A DNA stretch of 64,000 bases, from the NCBI GenBank assembly GCA_036012755.1, contig DASCPX010000129.1, positions 253,027-317,026 on the forward strand, written 5' to 3'. Shown here one piece after another: positions 37,239-45,914 of the stretch. The stretch is from Myxococcota bacterium. Lineage in GTDB: Bacteria; Myxococcota_A; UBA796; CAJQPC01. The stretch's first letter is position 1. Every line of letters starts with the position of its first letter. Made by a program: the position numbers and the translations under genes. The notes below the pieces were generated by a model. The model saw nothing but the letters and a program-made list of their open reading frames with translations. It did no database searches and had not been told where the DNA came from.

Positions 37239-37630
37239 TGGTCGACCCCGGTGGTGGAACGCCAGGCGGCGAGCCGCTCGTCGAGTGCCGCGGCCAGGAC
37301 CCTGGACGAAACGGTGGCGCCGCTCACGGCATCGACAACTGTCGGTGGGGTGGCTTCCTGGCCTTGGTAGGCGGCGAGGTGCTCCACGCTGAGGGCGTCG
37401 TGCTCCAGGCCTTCCCGGGAGCGGAGGAGGACCACCTCCTCGATGCGCTCGCCTCGGATCACCACCAGTCCCTCGATCGGTCCCTGCATTCCATCAGCGC
37501 AGAAACACACCACCGCATCCCCGGAGCTCGCCTGCCGCTGTTGCGCCACCTGCTCGCAGGGTGCGGGCGAGCTGACCCAGACCAGACCTGCCGCTGCCAC
37601 CAGGCCCAGCGCGGTCATGCCGCGCTTCAT
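37235..37630 (-). CDS. FMN-binding domain protein (RnfG-like, short)
   Basis: N-terminal TM; DGMQGPI; VDAVSGATVSS flavinylation motif; ATGA overlap. Confidence 0.85.
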   Translation of the reverse strand: MKRGMTALGLVAAAGLVWVSSPAPCEQVAQQRQASSGDAVVCFCADGMQGPIEGLVVIRGERIEEVVLLRSREGLEHDALSVEHLAAYQGQEATPPTVVDAVSGATVSSRVLAAALDERLAAWRSTTGVDQ

Positions 37631-38742
37631 CCCCCTGCTCCGAGCCGGACCTTCACCGCGCGCAACCTCTCTACCAGGGGCAGGTGCGCCGCACAGGAGT
37701 ACTCGCAGACGCCGCACTCGATGCACAGCAGCGCGCTCGGGTGGGGATGGTCGACGAGGAGCCCAGCGGGCAGGTCGAAGGGACATGCCTGGAGACAGTC
37801 GCCACAGCGCAGGCAGGAGCCGGTGGAGGTGTGGCGGGTCTGGGCCCGAGTCAGGGCCAGGATGGCGGTCGTTCCCGCTGTCACTGGAGCATCCAAGGCC
37901 ACGGGGGACCCCATCATCGGCCCGCCAGCGAGGACCGCCGCGGCGCGGTCCAGATCCGTCCTGCAGTGATCGAGCACGCGACCCACCTCGGTGCCGACAG
38001 GGACGATGTAGTTCCCAGGCTGGCCGACCGCCTCGCCGTCCACCGTGATCACCCGTTCCAGGAGCGGGCGGCGCTCGCACACCGCCAGGTGGAGGTGACG
38101 GGCCGTCTGTGTATTGATGACCAGCGCGCCGACATCCGCGGGGCGGCCTCCCGGTGGCACCTTTCGCCCCGTGAAGTCCTGCACCAGGAGCGTCTCGTAG
38201 CCGTGGGGGTAGCCCTTGTCGTCCCGGGCGATGAGACCGTTGTCCGCGCCCACCGCCCGCATCGCGATGCGCAAGCCGCACTCCACCTCGTCGCGGTGCT
38301 CGACCAGGACGCGCCCGTCTGCGGTGACGAAGGGCTCGCTCTCCCGGCCATTGACGAGCACCGTGTCGATCGGTGTCCCGACCGCCAGCTTCGCCCACGT
38401 GGGGAACATGGCACCGCCCATTCCCACCAGACCTGCGTCACGAACGAGGTCCACGAGCTCGCCTGGCGACAGTTGGTCCGGATCCCGGTGGGTGTCGCTC
38501 CGCTCCGGAGGTTCCCAGACACCCTCGATGGCGATCCGGGACTCATCCACGCCGACCACCACCCCGCTCAGCGGCGTGTGACGACTCGCCCCCTCCCTGG
38601 AGCGCGCGACCAGCATGCCGGCCGTCACGGACTGGCCAGGCCGCACCACCGGCTCCAGCTCTTCGATGGGCAGACGTACGCCGAGTGGTGCGATCGGGCG
38701 GATCGGCAGGTCCGCGCACCCCTTGTTGGCCGGGATCCTCAG
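37627..38742 (-). CDS. rnfC: RnfC-like NADH/FMN/2x[4Fe-4S] subunit (probable CTG start)
   Basis: HTPLSGVV, AGLVGMGGAMFPT, NGRESEPFVTAD, GGPMMG, CLRCGDCLQACP, CIECGVCEYSC. Confidence 0.88.
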   Translation of the reverse strand: MRIPANKGCADLPIRPIAPLGVRLPIEELEPVVRPGQSVTAGMLVARSREGASRHTPLSGVVVGVDESRIAIEGVWEPPERSDTHRDPDQLSPGELVDLVRDAGLVGMGGAMFPTWAKLAVGTPIDTVLVNGRESEPFVTADGRVLVEHRDEVECGLRIAMRAVGADNGLIARDDKGYPHGYETLLVQDFTGRKVPPGGRPADVGALVINTQTARHLHLAVCERRPLLERVITVDGEAVGQPGNYIVPVGTEVGRVLDHCRTDLDRAAAVLAGGPMMGSPVALDAPVTAGTTAILALTRAQTRHTSTGSCLRCGDCLQACPFDLPAGLLVDHPHPSALLCIECGVCEYSCAAHLPLVERLRAVKVRLGAGG

Positions 38743-39035
38743 GGACTCATCTCGTCGGGCCGGTGGCACTCTGCACACTGGGCGTGGAAGCCGGATTCAT
38801 GACAGGTCAGGCAGGAGCCGGCGTGGGCCGAGGCCACCAGCGAGTGCTCGTCCCTGGCCTCCGGGCTTTCCCACGGTCGTCGGAAGGCAGTCGTGTGGGT
38901 GGAGGGCACGAACCGAGCGTGGCAGTCCCCACATGCTCCGGCGCTGTCGTGTGTGGGCCCGGGCGCCGGCCTCGCCAGCGAGCCCAGGGACACGAGCGCC
39001 AGCGCCGAGGCTCCGAAGAGGAGCGACCACCTCAT
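38739..39035 (-). CDS. Small periplasmic triheme cytochrome c
   Basis: Signal peptide; CGDCH, CLTCH, CAECH. Confidence 0.88.
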   Translation of the reverse strand: MRWSLLFGASALALVSLGSLARPAPGPTHDSAGACGDCHARFVPSTHTTAFRRPWESPEARDEHSLVASAHAGSCLTCHESGFHAQCAECHRPDEMSP

Positions 39036-42000
39036 CGGGTGGCCCCCAGGTCGATCCAGCGGATCAACGCAAGCAGCTCATCCTCCGCGAGCACGGTGGG
39101 GTGTGCGGGCAGGTCCCGCGGTGCGTCCAGCTCCTCTGCGGTGAGCACCTCGATCAGCCAACTCCGGCTCGCGAGGGCTTCGCTGTGGGCGACATGCTCT
39201 CGGAGCTGCTCGAAGGCGTCTTCGCCCTGCAGATCCAGCGAGCTGTCTTCGCCGTGGCAGTCCGTGCAGCGCGCCTCGATGATCGGTCCAATGTCCTCGT
39301 CGAAGATCACCGAAGTCAGCTCCAGATCCTCACCGTAGTTGACCGGCTCCGTCTTGTGGTGGCCCGGGTCGTCCCAGGTCGCCGCGGTGCGCGAGGCCGA
39401 GGTCACCGCATCGACCGTGCCGAAGGTGTCGCTCGGCCGACCGGTCAAGGAGCCGTGGCAGCCGCCGCAAGCCTGTGGGAACAGCGTGTACGGGACCGAC
39501 ATCGAGAACTCCTCGCCGGGGAGGCCGTACATCCAGCGACCCATGGATCGCAGCGCCATGAACCGGGAGTTCAGGGCCTGGAGGGTGAAGCTCAGGCCCG
39601 AAGGCACGACGAAGTGGGCCGATCCGTCCTCTTCGAGCGGCACCTCGATGACCAGCGCTCGACGGGGCGGCCCGGTGTCGCCCTCGCGCTGGGGCAAGGC
39701 TGCCACCACCCGTAGCGCAGCCACCCGGTCCTCCTCTGGCACGGGCTGCCCCGAAATCGGGTCGATCGGTAGCGCGATGCTCTTTGGCCCCTGCGGATAC
39801 GGGCGCTCGAAGATCGCATCGACCAGCCTGTAGTCGTAGACCTTCACGACCATGGGGACGTCATCGGGGTAGCCCTCGAAGCCGCGCACCTGTCCGACGG
39901 GGCCGCTGTGGTGTTCCGCGGCAACGAGCCGCTTGTCCACGGACTCCTTGGCCCGCACGACCACGGGCCGCGGCCACAGCTCTGCCCGGTCGGAGCTCAC
40001 CTCCACCACACGCTGGTAGGGACCAGCCGCGAAGCCGTCTTCGGACTGCAGCGAGGGGTCCGGGATCAGCCTCAGGATGTCGAAGTCCGGCGCCTCGTCA
40101 GGATCCGACAGGTCGATCGGACCTGGCGCATGGGCCACGAGCAGGCTGCCGTCGGGCAGTGGATAGGGGTCGCGGTAGGCCCCGCCGCTGGAGATGCCCT
40201 TGAAGGTGACGGCGGGATCGAGCTGGATCCAGCCAGGGACGAAGCGGTGCGCAGCGCTCTGGGCCGCTGGCTCGGGGTGATCGAGGTCGTCGACCGGGTT
40301 GTCCGGTTCGACGGTGACGCCGAGCTGGTGATCGGCCAACAGCAGCGTGCCGCCCCACCAGGAGTCTGCGTCGCGGCCGATGCGGACCTCGAGCCCGTTT
40401 GGCAGTTCCCGGTCGTCGCTGTGGATCGGTACTCCCGAGCGGTTTCCGTTGTGTGGGTGGAAGTCCGACCCGTCCACGTGGAGGCGGAACAGCGCGCCGT
40501 TGAAGTAGGGGCGGTCCTGCTCCCAGCCGACGCGCAAGAAGGTCATCACCGGGGATCCGTCCGAGCGCATGGTGGGACGTCGGACCTGGTCGACGCTGTA
40601 GGTCATGCGCTTGAGCGAACGCTCGAAGGTGGAGCGCTCGGCGCCTGGGGTGGCCAGTCGAAGACGGAACGCGTCGTAGCGGGGAGCCATGCGCTGCTCG
40701 GCTTCGATCGCGAAGTGGGTGGTGGAATCGCAGGGTGCGGGCAGCGGCCGATCCAGCTCGAGGTGACCGGCCGTGTGGCGCGCGACGCGGCGGATCTCCC
40801 CGGCGTTGGTGCCGCGCACGAACGCGATGCGCCGGCCGTCGAAGGTGCCAGGACGCTCGGTGAGCTGCCGGTCCTCGACCGTGAGCGTCGAGCCGCCTTC
40901 GGCCTCGCCCAGGATCGCCTCCGGGCTGCTGCGTGCCCACTCGTCGAGGTGGTTGGACATCACGATCAGGTCCACCCGGGAGAGGTCGAGGCCGTCGCGA
41001 TCGTCCTCGTCGGGCACATACAGCGGCTCTACGAAGTGGTGGCGACTGTCATTCGAGAAAGTGAGCTGCCGCGCCTCGCCGGTGGCCAGCTCGATCTCCC
41101 AGATGTCGAAGGGCTCCTCCTCCGAGCGCCGCATCGCGAAGGCCACGCGGGAGGCGTCGTAGCTGACGTCCGGCGCCCGGATGTCCGCTTCGCCTGCGGG
41201 TGACAGGGCCGCCGAGAGCACCGTCTGGCCGTCGTCCTGCTGCCAGATCAGCTCCGCGCCCGGGTAGTAGGTGTCTGACTCGAAGAAGCGCTCGGGGGTG
41301 TGGCGGTCGCGGCGGACGAAGATCAGGCCGCGCTGCTCTCCCAGGGGTGCTCCGGCGCGCTCCGTCAGCTCAGCCGCTTCCAGCTCGAGCCAGCGGACCA
41401 GCACCTCGAAGTCCGGGTCTCCCCGGGAGAGGAACTGGTTGCCCCCCTTGTGGACGACGCCGCCCTCGCTCACGGGGATGTTCTTCAAGAGCTGCTTGGA
41501 CTGCGTCACGTCCCCGGACAGGTGGACGAGGCGGGTGGTCTCGCCGAGCATCGCCTGGCGGTTCGCCTCGAGCATCGCAGGGGTGAAGCGGCCCGGGAGC
41601 GAGGGCAAGCCCGGGTCCAGCTTGAGATCGTTGAAGGCCATCGTCCCGTGACAGCTGCTGCCCATGCAGGTCTTGCGGGCGAGGATCGGCGTCACCTCGG
41701 CGCCGAAGAAGCGGCCCGCCTCGGTGGGCTCGGGAGCAGGGGTTCGCTGGTCGACCGCCGAGCGCTCGGCCTCGATCCAGTCCAACAGCGCCCGGTACCC
41801 GGGGTCCTCCTCGTCTGTGAAGACCTCGGGGTGCGAGCGGGGGTAGTTCGACAGCACAGCTGCCAGCGGGGCGCGGGCGAGGGGGCTGGCCGGCGCAGGC
41901 GCGCCGAGGTCCAGGGGCTGCAGCAGGTCTTCACCCGCTCTGCCGGTGCAGCGGTCGTAGGCAGTCTGGATGTGTTCCGCGGGAACCCGGCCGCTGGGGT

Positions 42001-42202
42001 CCACCGGCCAGACGAGCAGCCAGGGGTCGTCGGCGTCCTGTTGCAGCTCGGCGAAGGTCTCCCTCGACACGCCGTGGCAGTTGCCACACCGCGCGTCCAG
42101 CACCGGCACCACCTCGCTCGCGAAGCGGGACAGGGGAGTCACCTCGGTCGGGCGCTCGGCGCAGGCGAGCAGGACCGCAGCGACGGCACCGGAGTGGGTC
42201 AT
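39032..42202 (-). CDS. Hydrazine synthase alpha (HzsA)-like multiheme lipoprotein
   Basis: MTHSGAVAAVLLAC; TolB-like propeller (PDVSYDASRVAFAMR, RQLT); YRDPYPLPDG; VPLEEDGSAHFVVPSG...LQALN...CGGCH; hemes CGNCH, CMGSSCH, CGGCH, CTDCH. Confidence 0.72.
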   Translation of the reverse strand: MTHSGAVAAVLLACAERPTEVTPLSRFASEVVPVLDARCGNCHGVSRETFAELQQDADDPWLLVWPVDPSGRVPAEHIQTAYDRCTGRAGEDLLQPLDLGAPAPASPLARAPLAAVLSNYPRSHPEVFTDEEDPGYRALLDWIEAERSAVDQRTPAPEPTEAGRFFGAEVTPILARKTCMGSSCHGTMAFNDLKLDPGLPSLPGRFTPAMLEANRQAMLGETTRLVHLSGDVTQSKQLLKNIPVSEGGVVHKGGNQFLSRGDPDFEVLVRWLELEAAELTERAGAPLGEQRGLIFVRRDRHTPERFFESDTYYPGAELIWQQDDGQTVLSAALSPAGEADIRAPDVSYDASRVAFAMRRSEEEPFDIWEIELATGEARQLTFSNDSRHHFVEPLYVPDEDDRDGLDLSRVDLIVMSNHLDEWARSSPEAILGEAEGGSTLTVEDRQLTERPGTFDGRRIAFVRGTNAGEIRRVARHTAGHLELDRPLPAPCDSTTHFAIEAEQRMAPRYDAFRLRLATPGAERSTFERSLKRMTYSVDQVRRPTMRSDGSPVMTFLRVGWEQDRPYFNGALFRLHVDGSDFHPHNGNRSGVPIHSDDRELPNGLEVRIGRDADSWWGGTLLLADHQLGVTVEPDNPVDDLDHPEPAAQSAAHRFVPGWIQLDPAVTFKGISSGGAYRDPYPLPDGSLLVAHAPGPIDLSDPDEAPDFDILRLIPDPSLQSEDGFAAGPYQRVVEVSSDRAELWPRPVVVRAKESVDKRLVAAEHHSGPVGQVRGFEGYPDDVPMVVKVYDYRLVDAIFERPYPQGPKSIALPIDPISGQPVPEEDRVAALRVVAALPQREGDTGPPRRALVIEVPLEEDGSAHFVVPSGLSFTLQALNSRFMALRSMGRWMYGLPGEEFSMSVPYTLFPQACGGCHGSLTGRPSDTFGTVDAVTSASRTAATWDDPGHHKTEPVNYGEDLELTSVIFDEDIGPIIEARCTDCHGEDSSLDLQGEDAFEQLREHVAHSEALASRSWLIEVLTAEELDAPRDLPAHPTVLAEDELLALIRWIDLGATR

Positions 42203-45033
42203 TCGATCGAGCGGAGGTAGCGAACCAGGCACTCCAGCTCCCAGATGGACAGCTGCGAGGTGGTTCCGTGGGTGTCGATCAGGCCGTTGTGCTCGTTGAG
42301 GCCCGTTTCGCCGGGACGCAGGGCCGGGTGGTCGGGGGTGGCAACCACCTCTCGCAGGCTCAGGGCGCCGCCGTGGTGCAGGAAGCGGGGTGGCCGGGAC
42401 CACAGACCGCGGAGCGATGGCGCGACGAAGTGGCCCTCGTGAGCCTCGACGCGCCCCTCGTCTCCAGTGTCCCAGTAGCGCGAGAAGCCGTTGATCCAGT
42501 CGATGCGGTCTGCGCTGACCAGGCTGTGCACGTTGTCCCGAGCCGCCGGGGTGACGAGCGGCGGGAAGGCCTTGTTGTCGTTGTGCACGTGGACCTTGTC
42601 GGTGAAGGTGGGCGCCGGGTGGCAGCCGGAGCACCCCGTCGTGGGGCTCTCGAAGAGCTGTCGCCCCTGCGCCACCATCGGGTCGTCAGGTGACACCGGG
42701 TTTGGGAGCAGCCGGGGCTCCGCTCCTTGATAGACGCCGATGAAGCGCTGGAGGTCCCGAAAACCCCAGGGCTGGCCGAAGACCTCCTCGGACGTGCGCT
42801 GGAAGAACACCTCCCGCCGATACACGAGATCGGCGACTTCGGAGTCCAGTCGCGTCCCCGCCGTCACCAGGGTGTCGGCGGAGTGGGAGAAGGACTCGCG
42901 CTCTTCCGCTGGCGCGAACATCGCGCTGAAGTCACCCACTGGTGTGTCGCCCTGGAAGTCCACCAGCGGGTTGTGCTCCATCATCATCGTGAGCGGCTCA
43001 TCGATCGAGAGCACGCCCTCCTGGAAGAACGGCACCTCCTGGAAGAGGTTGCGGATGTCGGGCACCGCCCGGCTCCCCCCGGTCCGCTCGGCTCCGCCTC
43101 GGCTCTGGCCCATCACCTGGCTGACGCTCCAGGCCTGGCCGTCCGACGTGTCGCGGTAGTGGCAGTGCACGCAGCTCTGGTCTCGATCAACCGAGAACAA
43201 GCTCGTCTGGACGAAGAGCTCGCCGCGTTCGAAGTCGTCGGCCGGGAACCGAGGGGCGTCCGGCTCCAGCACGAGCTCGTCCCGCTCACCGGTCTCGAGA
43301 TCGACGAAGCTGAGTGTGTCGCCGAGCTGATCCGCCACCACGAGCTCGTCGCCGGCTACCGCCAGTCCGACCGGCTTGAGCCCGGTGTCGAAGACCAGGC
43401 CGGGCGTCAGGTGCTGGGGGCCCGCTACGCGCCACTGTTGGACCTGGGAGGTTCCGGACATCGTCACGTAGAGGTGCTCGCCACTCCGCTCGATCTGCTC
43501 CGGGAAGGCGCCCACCACCTGCATCAGCTCCGGGGCCACGTCCCCCTTGATGTCCCCGGCCATGGCCTCGAAGGTGTCGGAGGTGTACCGGGTGAAGTCC
43601 GGGTTCGAGACGTAGGCGGCGACCGAGTCGACCGAGGGGTCGAGGACCACGATGTCGTTGCTGATGTCGCGGAACTTCTCCTGGGCGGTCCCGTCCACGG
43701 CCTCGTAGGGCCCGAGCGGCTCCTGCTGTGCCAGCGGCAGCACACGGCCGGTGTCCGGATCGCGGAACATCGTGAACTCGGTCTCCGGGTGGTCCCGATC
43801 GGTGCTCTCGCGTCCGGGGTCGTGCTCCTTGGGGTGGCCCGAGCCCACGCCGAGGGTGGCGAAGACGAGCCAGTCATCGACGGCCGCGATGTCGTTGACA
43901 GGTGACCGGGTGAAGATGCGGCGAGTCTCCTCCAGCGTCGCGACGTCGATCACCGAGACGTCCAGCGTGCCGGTGTTGGCTACGTACAAGGTCCCGCCAT
44001 CCGGCGACAGCGCCAGGTCCCGCGGCCCGTGGCCCACAGAGATTCCGGGACCCTCTGTGCCTGCGGCGATCCAGGCCCGCAGCCGCTGGAGGTCCGGGTC
44101 CTCCGGATCGTCGAAGACCACGCCCCCTGCGTGGTGGCGGCCGTCGGCGGCGTCGGCGGTGCCTCCGTCGGCAACAGACAGGCCGATGCGGATCAGCGAG
44201 CTCGCCTCTGGTTCGCCCGGGAACACGTGGACGATCGCGCTGCTCAGCGCCTCTTCCGCGTCCGGTCCGGCCACGAAGCCCCCTGCCCGGTATTGGTGGC
44301 AGCCCGAGGTGCCGCATCGAGCGCGCAGGATCGAGCGCAGGCCGGCCGAGGTGCGTCGGGCGGGGGTCTTGCCATCCGCCGAGGTGGGCTCTGTCGGGCC
44401 GAGGAAGGCCTCGCGGTCGAAACCGAGCGTCACGACGGATCCCGCCAGCGTTTCCCCGCGCTGGTCCAGCTCGACGACCAGGACCTGGTTGTGCCAGGAG
44501 TTCGTGACGAAGAGGCGCTCGCCGTCTATGCCGAACACCAGGTCTTCACAGTAGAAGGGGACCGGGATCTCGCTGGTGACCCGATCGGTGGCGGTGTCGA
44601 TCACGGACATGAAGTTCGAGAACCGGTTCGTCACCACCAGCCAGCGGCCGCTCGGGTGGAGCGCCATCCCCTGGGGGGAGTGCCCCACCTCGATCCGGCC
44701 CCGCTCCACGTGGGAGCGGACATCGACCAGCACCAGCGACGAGCCCGGCCTGCTCTCCGTCCCCGAGAGCGTGACCCACGCCCAGGCACCATCGGCGCTG
44801 GCCACGACCCGCTGGGGCCGCGCTCGCGGGATGCGTTCCCCCGCGCCCGGATCGGGATTCGCGACGGGCTCCAGGGAATGGCGGGCCCAGGCATCGACAG
44901 GTCCGTCGGCCTCTGGCGGATCGACGCGGGCCTCACCCAGCAGGGAGACGCAGATCCCCACCACCAGCGCGGCCACGGACAGGCCCACGACGACGCGGTC
45001 GCCGGGCCAGAGCCGCGCGAAGTCGCCGCTCAA
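42199..45033 (-). CDS. YncE/YVTN beta-propeller fused to a diheme CCP/MauG-like domain (HzsBC-like architecture)
   Basis: N-terminal TM; VGHSPQGMAL and LYVANTG...VSVID repeats; CGTSGCH, SCVHCH, GCSGCH; APSLRGLW...FLHHG. Confidence 0.8.
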   Translation of the reverse strand: MSGDFARLWPGDRVVVGLSVAALVVGICVSLLGEARVDPPEADGPVDAWARHSLEPVANPDPGAGERIPRARPQRVVASADGAWAWVTLSGTESRPGSSLVLVDVRSHVERGRIEVGHSPQGMALHPSGRWLVVTNRFSNFMSVIDTATDRVTSEIPVPFYCEDLVFGIDGERLFVTNSWHNQVLVVELDQRGETLAGSVVTLGFDREAFLGPTEPTSADGKTPARRTSAGLRSILRARCGTSGCHQYRAGGFVAGPDAEEALSSAIVHVFPGEPEASSLIRIGLSVADGGTADAADGRHHAGGVVFDDPEDPDLQRLRAWIAAGTEGPGISVGHGPRDLALSPDGGTLYVANTGTLDVSVIDVATLEETRRIFTRSPVNDIAAVDDWLVFATLGVGSGHPKEHDPGRESTDRDHPETEFTMFRDPDTGRVLPLAQQEPLGPYEAVDGTAQEKFRDISNDIVVLDPSVDSVAAYVSNPDFTRYTSDTFEAMAGDIKGDVAPELMQVVGAFPEQIERSGEHLYVTMSGTSQVQQWRVAGPQHLTPGLVFDTGLKPVGLAVAGDELVVADQLGDTLSFVDLETGERDELVLEPDAPRFPADDFERGELFVQTSLFSVDRDQSCVHCHYRDTSDGQAWSVSQVMGQSRGGAERTGGSRAVPDIRNLFQEVPFFQEGVLSIDEPLTMMMEHNPLVDFQGDTPVGDFSAMFAPAEERESFSHSADTLVTAGTRLDSEVADLVYRREVFFQRTSEEVFGQPWGFRDLQRFIGVYQGAEPRLLPNPVSPDDPMVAQGRQLFESPTTGCSGCHPAPTFTDKVHVHNDNKAFPPLVTPAARDNVHSLVSADRIDWINGFSRYWDTGDEGRVEAHEGHFVAPSLRGLWSRPPRFLHHGGALSLREVVATPDHPALRPGETGLNEHNGLIDTHGTTSQLSIWELECLVRYLRSIE

Positions 45034-45164
45034 GGCCCCCCCGAGCCCCCGACATCGGCCTGGCTCAACAGGGCGATGAGCTTGGGGTCGCCTTGGGCCA
45101 CGGCGTCGTGCACCGCTGCAGCCCGCAGGACGAATCTGCGAGAGGGCTTGGCTTCGTCGGACAT
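45030..45164 (-). CDS. Putative 44-aa leader ORF of the Hzs-like operon
   Basis: MSDEAKPSRRFVLRAAAVHDAVAQGDPKLIALLSQADVGGSGGP; TGA overlaps the next TTG; TAGGCT 8 nt upstream. Confidence 0.45.
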   Translation of the reverse strand: MSDEAKPSRRFVLRAAAVHDAVAQGDPKLIALLSQADVGGSGGP

Positions 45165-45218
45165 GGGGGCCAAGCCTACTCTCGGCGGTGCGAGCGGGTC
45201 ATGGGCGACAATGGGCCC
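45165..45218. promoter_or_regulatory. Putative divergent, near-leaderless promoters
   Basis: TAGGCT (-, 45178-45173) 8 nt before ATG 45164; GACAAT (+, 45207-45212) 6 nt before ATG 45219; no SD. Confidence 0.4.
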
Positions 45219-45911
45219 ATGCTTGCCTCACCGATCGCCTCCTCTGCCTTGTTCCTGCTGCTGCTCCCTCTGCTCGGAGCTGCCCGCGGCGAACCTGCCG
45301 CCGAGGTCGTCGAGGGGGTTGCGGGGGACGCCAAGGGAGGTGCCATCCTGATCACCGAGGACGGTCGCGTCTTGTACCTGGTGGGCCTGGACTCCTGGCC
45401 ATCCTGGGCGCTGGGCCATCCCGTGACAGCGACCGGGACCGTCTCGGAGCAGGACTACCTGCCCAAGGCCACGCAGGACAAGGACGGCGCCTGGACCCAG
45501 GGCACCACCGGCGGCAAGGACACGGTCCTGCAGAGCACCGGCTGGTACATGCACGCGCCCCCAGCGCCCTGGAGCGTCAGCTACTCGGACGGCTCTGGCA
45601 ACGCCTCGCGTCTCTGGGCCGACGAGGAAGGCGTGGGCTGGAGCTACGACCCGGTGCAGCCCGCCCAGAGCTCGAGCGGGACCTACTCCGGCGGAGAGCC
45701 AGCGGCAGGAAGCCTCGAGCCGGAGCAGGCTGGACAGCTCTGGAGCAGGATGGTGGAGCTGGAGGTCTCTCCGCAGCACCACGCCCCCCAGCGAGCGAAG
45801 GGGACGGGGGCTTTCTCCATCACGACGCCAGACGGCGAGCGCGGCTTCCTGGTGGTCTCGGACGCGGCCTCTGGCTTCGACGTGATGTTGAAGCAGCTCC
45901 GAGGGCTCTGA
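45219..45911 (+). CDS. Hypothetical secreted protein
   Basis: Signal peptide ...LLLLPLLGAARG; DGSGN...YDPVQPAQSSSGTYSGG segment. Confidence 0.7.
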   Translation: MLASPIASSALFLLLLPLLGAARGEPAAEVVEGVAGDAKGGAILITEDGRVLYLVGLDSWPSWALGHPVTATGTVSEQDYLPKATQDKDGAWTQGTTGGKDTVLQSTGWYMHAPPAPWSVSYSDGSGNASRLWADEEGVGWSYDPVQPAQSSSGTYSGGEPAAGSLEPEQAGQLWSRMVELEVSPQHHAPQRAKGTGAFSITTPDGERGFLVVSDAASGFDVMLKQLRGL

Positions 45912-45914
45912 AGG

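Noticed and set aside
39032..45033. Calling this organism an anammox bacterium, or these genes true hzsABC
   Set aside because: Sizes and heme counts differ from authentic HZS, no HAO/HDH-type octaheme protein is in the window, and HZS-like domains occur widely outside anammox bacteria
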